Assembly (NCBI GenBank): GCA_002189035.1
Contig: CM007989.1
Coordinates: forward strand, 3,410,001 to 3,474,000
Direction of reading: 5' to 3'
From: Utricularia gibba
Lineage: Eukaryota; Plantae; Magnoliophyta
DNA: 64,000 bases
Positions 38,601-52,146 of the stretch are shown one piece after another. Within the stretch, counting starts at the first letter, position 1. Every line of letters begins with the position of its first letter. The notes under the pieces are model-generated. The model made no database searches. It was not told the origin of the DNA and worked only from the letters and a program-made list of their open reading frames with translations. Both the position numbers and the translations under genes were made by a program.

Positions 38601-41600
38601 TAGGAAGCACCCTAAAGCAAAACAAATAGCAAGAATCGTTAAGACAATTGGTCTAATAAAGCCCACTTCACACATCACACCAACCTCTGAAAGTGCATAT
38701 GCAGACCATAAGCCTGAATCTTTTCATTTACAACAATCTGTTGTTCAAGATTAGCAGCTGGGAAGGGAAGCTGAGGCCAAAAAAAAGGGCAAATAAGCAA
38801 TAAATAATTTCCAACAACCATTAACTAGAATAGGCGGGAGTTGTGAAACCTGATTAAAAGAATATGGCACTTGTCCTTGGAGAAGGCCATGGGCAGCCGG
38901 AAGTTGATCAGAAAAACCCAAGCTGACCAACTTCTCTTCTTCTGCTAATGTTCCCGATGAATGATGGTGAAAAGATTTGCCAAACTGTTCCCCAAAATAA
39001 AAAATCAACCATAAAGTCACATTAGAATAGAAGAAAGTTGAACCACAACCTGAGACATCATCCGTGAATGACCACCGGGATGGAGTGTAGGAGCAACATC
39101 AGCAGGTATCTCAACTTGGTTCAGTGGAGAGATGATTCCAGACTTCACCTCATTAATTACCGGTGGCTGCGGTATTCCAGCATCTTTATTTGAGAAATCT
39201 GGATTACCTTCAACTTCTCGGACTTTGTCCTTGAGAAGGGAACTTGGGGTTACATCCTTAAGGTCAACACCAAGATTCTTGAAAAGCACCTGAGATCATG
39301 GGTACAAGAGAATAAACACCATAGTTGTAGACTGCAATAGGAAAGAAAGACATGGGGAGACTGAAACTACCTCGATTTCAAATTTGAGATTCATCTTCAG
39401 ATTAGGCATTGCATAAATCTCTGCAAGCAATCCAAGAATGGCCATTGTCCATGGATTGGGAGGACGATATGCGATGCTGGTTGAACATGATTCCAAGATC
39501 TTCAAAAAGAAAAAAGATTCAAAACTCTCTCGCAGTACTATGAAATGGATAAAGAATACGCTCAGAAGTGTACCTTGGAGGTGAATGGAATAACAGCTAT
39601 CATTAGCCCCTTTTCATATGCCTGAAAAACAAAGTAAACAATTTAAAAAGTGAAAAGTGAAAGAATGCAATCTCCCCTCTTCCCTGAGAAAAAAAGAAAC
39701 TCTGGGGACCTAAGAAACATTAATAGAAAGAGACCTCTAATATCAGAGATTTGGGATCTAGTTCTCGAGCTCGTAGAACATAATTCCTTCCAATTGTGAT
39801 TTTCCCCAGCCAGCTCCCTAAGTTTTTCAACAATGAACGTTCTTCAGCGCTCGACTTTATGAGTTCTGATCCCAAAAGGACCTGAAATATACAAAATAAC
39901 ATAAGAAATGCACATCAATTAAACTGAAAATTTTCATTCCATGATAAAGAGCACTCATACCCTGCAGTTTTCGTATGTTGCTTGTATAATCTCATGAATC
40001 AGCGGCTTCAAGTTTACTTTAGCAAGGAATTTCAAGTACAGGTCATGAAAATTAGTTTCTATGCTTGCCCTGTTACACGAAAAAGTGTAGAGATTAAAAA
40101 TTAAAAAAAAATTTACCCTGCGGATTTACTTCAAATAGATTAAGGTTAAAAAAGCAAGAATAAAAACGTTATGAATGGTTACATACCTTTTCATAACCAT
40201 GTATTGAGCAAACCATACATAATATTGCTCCTTCAAAATATCTGAGAATTCCTTAGCTTTAGCTTCAAAATTTGTAACCGACAAGTTATTAATAATAAAA
40301 GATATTTTATCCTGAATTTCTGGTGCAGGGGCCTGTATAGCAAAGAAAAAACACAATAGAATAAGCAAAGGATTAACTAGGAAAACTCATCATCACACAG
40401 CAATGGAAGTTGTACAATCGCACTGGGTTAAGCTCACATCAAATAAAAAAAGAATAAACAGAAACGACCGGTTAAAGCACCCATCATCTGGATCTGCAAT
40501 GCTGGATATCAGGGAAGGAATCAAAAAATCACCACCACCACTAACCCAGATAATGAACCATGCAGATACCCAAGAGGGGATTCCCCAAATTGGAACAAAA
40601 AAAATGCAATACCAAAGATAACTACCGCTGCATAATAGAGAATAAATGCACCTCTATAGGAGTTTCTCTTCTCTCTGCTGCAGCGACAAGAGTTTCAATG
40701 TTCAAAGCAGACCCAAACCCTGGATTCAAGAACGAGCGTCTGAGAAAATCTGTAACCACTAGAGGTTCATCTCATAAAAATGCAAAGTCTAAAATCTGAG
40801 GTAGAGCAAAAGATATACTTCCAGCAGCAGCTCTAGATGAACGGGGAAGACCAGTAGTGGCAGCAGAAACTGATGGCACACTTACACTCTGCATTTTGAT
40901 TTAGCTAGTTAGTACGGGTATTAGTGAAAAGAGGGAGAAGAAAGAAGGTGGGGATGGGGCACAAACAGAGAAATTTCGAAGATTAATAGAGTGAAGAATA
41001 AGAATTTCGTGGCTTGCCTTTTGAACTCCAGCAAGATCACTTGAAATGGAAGGAATAAGCTGCCCAGTAGAAGCTTGTGCTGGTTTCGTGAAACTTGGAG
41101 GTATAGAAGCCCTCCTTTCATCAAGCGGGGCAGTTACCCTTTGCTGTAGTTGGATTCCAGAGGAAACCTGAAGTTCGGAGAGCGAGGTTCCAGGTCCAGA
41201 GAGAGAAACTGTTGAGCCTACAAACTGTAGGGGAATTCTACAAATATTACTCATCACTACACATGCTGAACTTGCCAAATCAAGCCACTAGTTTACCTCC
41301 ACATTTGTTGTAGGTTGCATGGGAACTTGATGGGTATCCATGTTTACATTGGAAACATCAAGTTCATTGTGAGTAGCAGATCTTCTGTTGAGTGCCATCT
41401 CCGTCATCGTTACAAGGTTTGGATGCCCAATGCGCAGATGTGATATTTGCAGGATATGATTGCAGTACTGAGGCCATTCTACTAGGCGGTCCAAGAACTG
41501 CTCTAGTGCCAATGTTCCAAAAGTGAACATCTGCATGTTTGAAAGTGAGTTTAAATCTTGTATGAAGCATATGTACAGCAAATCACTTAAGAATACTGCC

Positions 41601-44600
41601 ACCAAATGCAAACCTTTGAATCTGCTGGCTTTCTTAAAGCATCTAGAACGGCTCTTAAAGCAATGCCAAGGGTAATATGTGTCACAAGCTGATACTTGAT
41701 GAGTGAACCTGGAAAAAAAAACTGAAATGATTAAATCATGTAAAAGGAAGTGTGCACTATCAATCCTACTAGGAAGAAAATAAAATAAGTCACTAGAATG
41801 CCACATGGATTAGTTTCATCCCCCTATAACTACAGATTAAATGCATTTTTCAAATAGTAATGACAGAATAAAAGGTTAAATTTTCGAGTGATCCAACATC
41901 ACAACTCACCAAAGAGAACAGCAGCAAGTCTCAGCTGCCTATCAGGGTACTTGGAGAAAAAATTGTATTCCTCAAACAAGTTCGCAATCATACAGTCAAA
42001 AATCAGTTGCTCCCTGTGAGACACCAAATTCCCACAACTAAGAACTCTAAAGGAAAAAAAAGTTAACACGTGAAGCATTAGTGATCACAGAATTGAAGTA
42101 ACGGAACCATATTTCACAACTTATGAGTGAAACACTGATTGTGAAGTTGTCTTCCAGCAAGTTTTGACATGATTTCAAGCTCGTATCAAGGCAAAAAAAA
42201 AAAAAAAAAAAACCAAGCCATTTACTAGACACGTTCTGGGAATTCTAGAGATATGTTCATCAACCAAAAGAGAGCATCAGAAGGATATGCAATAATCATG
42301 TACCATATTTTAGTCACAGAGATCCATAGCCATTTGCATGCAAACAATGACCTTGAAAATTTAAAAGACTTGGAAGATGGTTACCTCTTCTCAGAAGATT
42401 CTTTGAAACAGGTGAGCATTTGAATCACTTCGTCTATAGAAAGCTGACCATTAAACATTTGATGGAAGTAAGAGTTTGACTCTTTCTCAATATCTGCAGA
42501 AAAATTATCTGAATTTGCATCTGGACCCCCTCCATTTTTAAATCTTGTGTCAGGGATCATACGTGTCATATGTATTTTTTCAGCCTCCTCCATCAAGCCA
42601 CTAGAGGAGGCACTACAAGTATGAGAACGAAGAACCTGCATGGAAACGAGACTCATAGGTTGCATGGTATACAGGTAGTCAGCAAGCCCAACAATATATG
42701 ACAAACCTTTAAGACAGTCGCACAAGAATCTGAAAAGGCATTTGACACAGCATCATGGGATTGAAGCTGATTGGAAGAGACAGAGTGAACCCCTCCTTGA
42801 AACTTCTTAATGAATTTGAGGCATTCCTGCGGAAATTCCGAATAATAATTTATTATTAAAATGGATTTCTGCATAATTTCTTCAGATAAGAATTTGTCCG
42901 CAAAGAAATTTACCATGTAAAATACATCACCACCTTCCATTAGACGGTTGCTCAGCCAGTTTTCAAGGTCCACTACATCTTTCTTGGAAGCAATCACAAC
43001 TAACTGAATTCCGAAGTAAAATGGGATTCTATCCAAAACTGAAGACAGAATCTGCAAAACATTCAGCAGGCATACCAGTAAACAAGATACTTCAATTCAG
43101 ACAACCAGAGGCCTAAACTTTGACAATTTTTGAAAAGATAATGTAAGAATCTGCCAAACATTCATTAGACATACCAGTAAACAAGATTTTACAAATTAAA
43201 TAAGTACAAAGCCTGAATCTTGCCCTTAGGTTGTGGAAACTACACTCCATGCATGATGAAAAAGTCCTTGTCATTGAGACTAAAGTGTGAACCAATAAAA
43301 TCATGACAAAAATTATGACGGGGCATCTTACCTTAATAGAACCAGAATGGAGAAAAAGATGTTAATGAAAAAAGTTACCTTCAATTCCTGGCTCGCATCC
43401 AAAATCCTAGGAATGCATTCTGGGTCAAGGTTCATGGCCTCGATGAATCCTCTAAGCAACATTGATGAGTTTACACGCCATAAAAAAATATGAATCTGTT
43501 CTCAGAGGTATTTTTCAGGGTCTGTGGAAGTACAATAGCAGCCACTTCATTCTGTATTAGATCATATGCAGTCTGCATTGTTAGAAGTAAAGCGTTACAT
43601 GGTGAGCAGCAATATTCAATGCTATAAGAAACCATCAAATGAATGTACATTAACATGAGCCATCCCAACGAGCAAAACTTCTGGACACTGCCCAAGAGGT
43701 TTTTCAAGGATACTTCGCACAGAACTTGCATAACCCAACTCAGATAGTTGACAAATGATCTTCAGTAGGTCTATACATTGCCAGGCATCCTGTAGTCTTC
43801 CGGGTTGAGATAGATGTCCTAGCACAGCCTCATCATAGGTCTGAACAAGAAATGTCATATTACTGACAATAAACATGTTCCAACTCCTCAAAAAGTATAG
43901 AAACAACAAGAAAATATGAATAGTAAATGAACTAAATACAAAGCATACCAGTTTCCTCTCAGCATGAGAGAACGTAAAAACCTCAGGTGGTACAGAGACG
44001 GCATACTTCAAGAAAGACAGCTGACCCTCTACATTTTTCCACACAAAGCCACAAATAGCATGCAGTGGGAAAGGGTCCTAATCCAAATTTTACAGTTGAC
44101 TTAAAATGGATTCAATGAACATACAGGATGTAAATAACAATAGAAGAGAAATGGAGAATATGGAAATACCTTGCAGGCACGCTTGTAAATAGACATCAAA
44201 AAAGAGAAGGCCATCTCATTAGGGACATAGAAGCCTTCATGGTCTAAATGTTCCATGACATTTTTCCAGTCAGTTCCAGGCGCCTGAAACAAGTTGCACA
44301 TTACTAGCATTCTTCAAAAAAATTATATCCCTTAATACTTCTAAACTTACGAGTTGATTTATAGTATCTACAAGAACATCAATGTCCCAGGAGTTCAAAG
44401 TCGCCATATCCACAACATTCTCCCTTGTAATAGCACAGCGAAATGTTGCAAATGCATCTTGACTTTCATCAAGGCCAGAATGAGTTCGGGATACAGTGCC
44501 AACGATCTTGGAAATTGTGGACTCAGAGAGTGGTAAAAATAGAGAAAGGATTTCCTTGCACTGGGAAACATTGAGAGTGCAGCCATACCCCAATTCACTC

Positions 44601-45777
44601 ATTACATCAGACATGCTGATTCCTTCCTCCAATTCTTCTAAAATTACATCAAATTCATCTTCATCATCCCCATTCAGCACATCTAAATGCCTGTTGAATA
44701 AATTAAGTGCCATGTAATAAATTTTCATAAAAAAACAACCAACGCCCAACAACAGTCAAGGTGCATCCCACGAAAACAATAAAAACAGCTTGATATTTTC
44801 TTTATAAAAATATATAACCCAGTATCATGAGTGTGTTAACTCATTGCCTGTGTACTATGCGCAACAAAATATAGGAAGAGAAAAAAAATACCTCCAGAAA
44901 TTGTATTCACGAACTTCATCAGAAACCAAAGGTGCTAGGATAAACTGCTCGCCATCCAGTTTCAAAAGGGATAGCATTTGCATAAATGAATCGACATGCA
45001 TGTTGAGGCCTTCACACTGTTTCAGAAACAACAGAATATTCTGAATTAAGGCACCCTTTTCGACATCAAATGGACTTGTGCATAACTCTGAAATCTGACC
45101 CATGCAGAAACTCCTTCCTGCAAACAATAGGCAGTATATTCATGAGTTTCAAGTGCTAAATGACCTATCTATGCAACCAAGAACGGTGATCTCATGCACA
45201 GATCTCAGGTGAAGTGTAGTACTAACCATGGGTTCTAATGGTGTTGTTTTCTGAATTTGACAAAGCAAGGCCAACCCCGACCTTCTCAGCGCTAGACAAC
45301 CGCAATGCACCACAGAAGTTCTGCAGAAATTCTTCATTTATATCCACAGTCTTGAGTGTCTCGCAGATTACAGTAGTAAAATTAGGTTTATCCATAATCA
45401 ATTTCACGACGGAAGCATATAGAGCGGACATCTCCGCATTCTTTAGTTCCTTTTCATATACATTCAGGAACTCCAAACAACTTTGCAGCAGCAATATGCT
45501 CCCTTCCACTCCATAGTTGACAAACTGTCATACACAAGATTGCATATACAGACGCCATCAATACCATGATAACAACACAAACAACTAAAGATCAAGAGCA
45601 GCAGAAACGCTCCATAAAAACCCAAATTCGGAAATGGCGAACCTGTGAGAGCTGCTGGAAAATGGATTCGGAGTTGGAGTCGTTCAAGCTATTTAGCAGA
45701 AATCTAATCTGGCCAGAAATCTTACTGGAGAACGGCACCACCGTGGAAGGAGATCTTGAATCATCTAAATCCGTCAT
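32054..45777 (-). CDS. NOT1: CCR4-NOT transcription complex subunit 1, many exons; 1-nt frame break in the penultimate exon
   Basis: [158 protein letters not shown]; GT-AG junctions were checked for several but not all exons. Confidence 0.94.
32628..32681 (-). repeat. Coding CAG/CAA microsatellite encoding Q4-L-Q13 in NOT1
   Basis: Direct reading of (CTG)n on the + strand inside the exon AIQQQQLQ13[12 protein letters not shown]. Confidence 0.9.
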
Positions 45778-46333
45778 CGCTACCAAGTTTCTTCAACACA
45801 GAGAAATGAAGCTAGGGTTTGTAAAATGCAAGAAACTCGTTGAAACTGAGCGAAGAGAATCCAAGGTCGAACATGCCTGACTATCCAATAGAAAAAAAGA
45901 TTTTTGATGACGGTGACCACCCGACCCGATTGATGACCCGCCCAGAACATAGCCCAAATCTCAACAAAGCCCAGCCCATCTTTTTTATATGATTCATTTA
46001 CCTTGTGGGAACCGCATAGCCCATTCCATTTTCTATATGGGCCCACCGCCCATAGCCAGCTCGAAATTTAAGAGCTGTTAAGAAATATCTCCGAGGTTTT
46101 CCCGCATTCGATTCTCTGAGACTGAGCTCTTCAGAAAACGGAAACTTGAACTCCGCCCGACAATCCCCGTCGTGTTTATATGAGATCTTTTTTATATGAT
46201 TGGACGGCGTCGAGCTGTTAAGAAATATCTCCGAGGTTTTCCCGCATTCGATTCTCTGAGACTGAGCTCTTCAGAAAACGGAAACTTGAACTCCGCCCGA
46301 CAATCCCCGTCGTGTTTATTTGTTTACTTGGTA
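45778..46333. promoter_or_regulatory. 556-bp bidirectional promoter region of NOT1 and CCT1
   Basis: Head-to-head starts; telo-box TAGGGTTT at 45813-45820; several site II motifs (AGCCCA 45951, 46018; TGGGCCCA 46038-46045); E2F-consensus TTTCCCGC at 46098 and 46238. Confidence 0.7.
46072..46319 (+). repeat. Perfect 108-bp direct repeat (46072-46179 and 46212-46319) with a 32-bp spacer
   Basis: Base-by-base identity GAGCTGTTAAGAAATATC...CCCCGTCGTGTTTAT, period 140 bp. Confidence 0.95.
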
Positions 46334-49300
46334 ATGGCGATTCATGCTCAAACCCCTGATATTTCCGGAGAAAGGCAGTCTGGTCAGGATGTTCGCACTC
46401 AGAATGGTAAACTATTCCTTCTTTTGCTCTTTGGAGTAATGCTTTGGAAAGGATGGGTGTGTGTATCTATTTTTCTAGTTATGGTGCTTTTATTTGCGCG
46501 TGTATGCAGTTGTGGCTTGCCAGGCGGTGGCGAACATTGTCAAATCTTCGCTTGGTCCTGTTGGCCTCGACAAGGTGTCGCTTTGTTTAGTATTTTTTTT
46601 TTCCGTTTACACGATTCCATGCTGAATTTGAAATGAATAAGTAATTTTGAGGTTTGCTATGCTGTTTCATTTATCATGAATTCGCGTGACTTGAGTCGCC
46701 AACTTAAGTTTTGGTTTTATGTTGGTTCAGTGCATGACACGGTAACAACAGGGCACGTATTGTATACGACACTCTAAAAATGCAATTTAAAAAAATAAAG
46801 AATTATCATTTGTATTTGATTTAAAAGTAAAACAATACGTTGTTTTGTATTATTCTTATACAACACTGAGACACACCATCATATAGTTTGCATTCTTGAT
46901 TTTTCTATGATCTGAAATTTATTTGCAGTATTATAATGGAAAAAGCAGCAGTATGAGATGATTTGATCTTGTCTTAGATCAGAAATGCTTGTGGGTGATG
47001 AAATTTATTTGCAGTATAATGAATTCACCTATTTTTTGCTTTACGTTTCAGATGCTTGTGGATGACATTGGTGACGTGACAATCACAAATGATGGTGCCA
47101 CTATATTGAAAATGCTTGAAGTAGAGCATCCTGCTGCCAAGGTGAATGAGTTTTGTATTTATCAGTTAGCATTGGAGAATATCCAACATAACTGCGTGCC
47201 TTGCCGTCCAGGTGCTAGTTGAGTTGGCTGAATTGCAAGACCGAGAAGTTGGTGATGGAACAACTTCTGTGGTCATCATAGCCGCAGAGTTGCTCAAGGT
47301 GCACATTCTGGATGTTGGTTGTCAGTATGAACTGTGGTGTTTAAATTTAAACCGCATTTATTGCAACTGACTGTTTTTGTTCCTTTCTTTATAATATTCT
47401 TCAGAGAGCTAATGATTTAGTGAGAAATAAGATCCATCCAACCTCTATTATAAGTGGATACAGAGTGAGCCCATAAACTTATTCTTCCTGTCCATTTTTT
47501 CTTATCTTTTGATTCATTTCATGGTTATTTTTCAGCTTGCAATGAGGGAAGCATGCAAATATGTAAATGAGAAACTCACATTGAAGGTCGAAAGCATATT
47601 CAAACTTGATATTTCTTTATCATTTGCGTATTGTTGGTGTTCTAGTGAGTATTCATTGAGTTTGCATATCGCATTTCTTGTCTTTAGAAGATTACTACAT
47701 CATTATTTCTCTTGAGAATCAAGAATCCTTTTTCTTATTCAGTGCTGTATTTTTCAAGGTTGAAAAGCTTGGAAAGGATTCCCTTATAAACTGCGCAAAG
47801 ACCTCCATGTCCTCAAAGTTGATAGGTGCTGATAGTGACTTCTTTGCAAACCTGGTTAGTTGAAGAATTCGGTTGGTCAAGATGACTCTTTAGTAATTAT
47901 ATGGTCTGTTGATGTACTTATGTACTCTTGCCCACATTTTCATGAAACTTCTTGAGCTTCTGTATTCATTTTTTTGTGAGGAATTAATGATGTTCTCAAT
48001 TTTTTTTTCATGGTGTATACTCAATGTAACTAATTTCAAATTAACGTTAGGTTGTAGAAGCTGTACAGGCTGTGAAAACAATAAATGATAGGGGCGAAGT
48101 CAGATGTCCAATCAAGGTAATATCAGCCATCAATATTGTATTTTGACTGTTAACTGTTCGCTGGATTTGCTTCCAAGTTGAAGTTCTGCGATGTGTAGAA
48201 CTCTAAATTCACTGATTCACGTTAAATCTGTGTGTTGTGAATTCATTTAGTGAGATTCAAAGTATTCAGGCGGTTATGAGAGAACTACCGCACACCGTGT
48301 GAATGAAGTTGCATTATCATCATTAAGTCTTTTTAATGATCTTCATGATCACAGGGAATCAACATTCTTAAAGCCCATGGAAAAAGTGCGAAAGACAGCT
48401 ATCTACTCAGAGGTTATGCCCTCAATACAGGGCGTGCAGCACAGGGGATGCCACTCAGGGTTGCCCCTGCTAGGATTGCCTGCCTGGAGTTTAATCTCCA
48501 GAAAACTAAAATGCAGATGGGTGTCCAAGTTCTAGTTACTGACCCCAGGGAGCTGGAAAAGATACGCCAGAGGTAGAGTTATTATCATTTTTCTCTTCTG
48601 GCTGTTCCACAGAAGTTGCAGAAGTTGTAGGCTTAGCATTCACCGTGTACGTGTAATGTTCTAAATGGAGGATTTTCCAGAGAAGCTGACATGACAAAGG
48701 AAAGAATTGAGAAGCTCCTTGACGCAGGAGCAAATGTCATTTTAACAACAAAGGGAATTGATGACATGGCACTCAAGGTGACGTGTGGCTCGGTTGTGTT
48801 TCGGGATGCTTCATATTTTTTCATGGTTTGAGGTCGATGTTTGATTTTGTCTTCCATTATGCAGTATTTTGTTGAGGCTGGTGCTATAGCCGTGAGACGA
48901 GTAAGAAAGGAAGATTTGCGGCACATTGCCAAGGCAACTGGTGCTACAGCGGTAACTATTCATTGCCTTTTTCATCTTTGTCCTTAAAAACACTCATGAG
49001 CTGTTGACTGCAGGTCTCAACATTTGCTGACATGGAAGGTGAAGAAGCTTTTGATTCTTCTCTTCTAGGTAATGCTGATGAGGTAGTTGAGGAGCGCATT
49101 GCAGATGATGATGTGATAATGATCAAGGGAACCAAAAACACAAGTGCGGTATGAAATTTCAGCTCGCTTGTATATAAGTTTTTCAGATCCTGGATTATTT
49201 ATGTTCTAGAATTGACTGATTAATGCATTTGCTTCAGCTTTCTTTAATCCTTCGAGGTGCCAATGACTTCATGCTTGACGAAATGGACCGTGCTATACAT

Positions 49301-50217
49301 GATGCGCTATGTATTGTCAAAAGAACTCTCGAATCAAATACTGTATGTGTCTCGTTTCATGTTATGAGTTATATCCTCGGCTAAATTGCCTCTTTTTTTT
49401 TTTTTAATTGTCGACTTCACATTGCAATCTTCGGCTTCCAGGTTGTTGCGGGAGGAGGTGCGGTGGAGGCTGCACTTTCTGTATACCTGGAGAACTTGGC
49501 TACAACTTTGGGATCCAGAGAGCAGCTGGCCATCGCAGAATTTGCTGAAGCCCTATTAATCATACCAAAGGTCTTTTTTCTTATTATACAAACTGCAATT
49601 TGTGATAGTTCTTTTGCTATTCTTATCCCTATCTAAAATGTTCAGGTGCTTGCCGTCAATGCTGCTAAAGACTCAACTGAGTTAGTAGCCAAGTTACAAG
49701 CTTACCACCATGCCGCACAGACCAAGGCTGGTAAAAAGCATTTGTCAAGGTACATATTTCCGACTCAGGCTACAGTGGTGATCATCTGGTTTCGTTCATT
49801 AAAGCTACTCAGAACCATCAAAAGCAGAATACCTAGTAACCTGGCACCAGATATACCGTGGCAGTATCTTCATTTTTCATCCTTTCTCTGCTTTGCTGAT
49901 ACTGAAATCCTAAATACCACAACTGGGGCTTCACCTGGTGACCCAACTCATTCCACAGCATGGGCCTGGACTTGGTGAATGGTACGGTCCGCAACAACCT
50001 TGAAGCCGGCGTCATCGAACCCACCATGAGCAAAGTAAAGATACTTCAGGTCAGTCTTTTACCTCCGTACCGCCCAATTTAAACAATGGGGAATTTCAAT
50101 CCAACTCCACTGCTTCTTTCTACCTGCCAGTTTGCCACAGAAGCAGCTATCACCATCCTTCGAATCGATGACATGATCAGGCTTGTGAAGGATGAATCCC
50201 AAAATGACGAAGATTGA
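46334..50217 (+). CDS. CCT1: T-complex protein 1 subunit alpha (CCT-alpha), multi-exon
   Basis: [88 protein letters not shown]; stop TGA 50215-50217. Confidence 0.96.
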
Positions 50218-51167
50218 GCCAAAGCAAACTTTCCCAGTTCACCTGTGAATGCAAAGAAGCCATAGTTTTGACCTTGAATGCTGTCCTAGACTTCAAAACT
50301 CTTGTGGCTATGGATGCGTCGAACTTCCAGGCAAATTTTTTGCAAAATCAAAATGCGCATTTTGGATATTATTTTAATCCAAGGTGTTAATGAGGCATTC
50401 AATGCGCTGGATTTTTATCAGTATTTTAAAAAGAAAGGAATAATTGAGTTATTTTAATCGTCTAAATATAGAAAGCAGGCATGCAAGAGTGGATTAAAAA
50501 AGTGAAATTAAATTAAAAGCTTCCATTAAATGCCCAACAAGATTAGATCGCGGCATTGCTCCGACATTAATACTCCCTCTCTATGGTTTGTCGCTTTAGC
50601 GTTTTTAGGTTTAATATTACTACGTATTAACACACGTTTTTACCACAACTGCAAACAAAATAATTGACCCCCAGTTCCATAATTAATTATTAATAATAAC
50701 CCCCACCCTCCAATTATTTAATTTCTTCCCCCCTCAATTATCCCCCTTGTAAATGTTGTCCATTTATTTCTGTTCAAACTTCCCCCTTACCTCCCTATAC
50801 CCCCACCATGCCCCCCCTCCCTCCTTGAAATAAATATTCATCCCTTCTTTTTTTTTGCTTATGCTCAGAGTTGTAAAGGCACATGTAGCAAAAAAAAAAA
50901 AAAAAAAAATTCTGTAACATGATGATTTGAATACACTTTTGGTACATGGATTTGTATGGGTTTGACAGTAAAATCACGTTTAATACATGAGTTACATGCG
51001 ATCAAACATAAACTCGCATATTTTTCACATACTTGGTTGAAACCCATTTTTGCCAGTTTACATAATCCGAGGGGAGGGGGTTAATTTATGTAAGCACATC
51101 CCACATCTATTCATTTTGCACCTTAACCTAGTGCATTTGAAAAGAGATCCCTCAGAACACAATTTCA

Positions 51168-51242
51168 CACCTACTTGAGTCTAACAATGTGTTGAGAACA
51201 TAAAATATCTGGGGATTGCACCTACTTGAGTCTAACAATGTG
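51168..51242 (+). repeat. 24-bp direct repeat (CACCTACTTGAGTCTAACAATGTG) x2, period 51
   Basis: Copies at 51168-51191 and 51219-51242. Confidence 0.85.
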
Positions 51243-52146
51243 GTTGGAATTTAGGGTTTAGGATTTAGAACTTATGGTTGTATGATGAAGGGAGCTTTTG
51301 AGAAAATTTTAATTGAATTGTCTTACATTACAAAATATTTATAATAGGGTTTGAGTTAAATTTAAATTATTTTAAAGTATAAAAAATAAATCAAAATTTT
51401 ATTATAATTTAAATTTTTTATGTGATTTAAAAGTTTGATGTTGAGGTCACCTCTAAATTCATTATTTATAATCATTTCTTTGGTCAGTGGAAGTAGATGG
51501 GGGTAGAAGGGTGAAATTGATGGGACCCACAGACAGAAGCAATCAACCAAGTAACAGCCTTCATTCATTCACTCCCTCCCCCTGGAATCTTCCACTCCAA
51601 GTAAAAAAAAATGGTGGGTAGAAAAAATTCTGCTTTTCATTTTATATTTTTTTACCCCTTCGTTTTTAACCATTTACGGCTTGCGGTCCTTGGGGTATAC
51701 CATGGCGCAGCATCGAGCATGGCGTCTCCTGTCGTATCCCGACTCTTCTTCCCAAATGGGAATCGCCACTTGCATTCACTTTGTGTGTTGTCTCCTGGTT
51801 TTTTTTTGTTTTTTTTTGCTGGTAAATCTTCAAGGGAAGGGGAGTTATGGTGTGAAAAATGTAAGTAACTGTGGTGGGAGGGATGGGGTTAGGCATGCAA
51901 GTGGGGAAGCACAGAAACTGGAACACGAAGGTACAATTTTTTCAGAGCCGATCGTGGTACAATGTAAGGAAAAAGCGTGATCGGATAATGTGGCAGTGAA
52001 ACTGAAATCCAGACAAAAGGGTTGATGAAACTAAAGCAGTTGAGTGGCAAGAGTGAAGAACGAGCTTCCAGTTCTTGAGTCTTCATCTTCTTCACTGTGT
52101 TATTTTTCCTCTACTTCTTCTTCTCCTTCTTCTTAAGGTTGTGCGA

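Noticed and set aside
51098-51107. ATCCCACATC resembling the plant snRNA upstream sequence element
   Set aside because: It lacks the final G, no TATA box at the required spacing, and no snRNA sequence follows.
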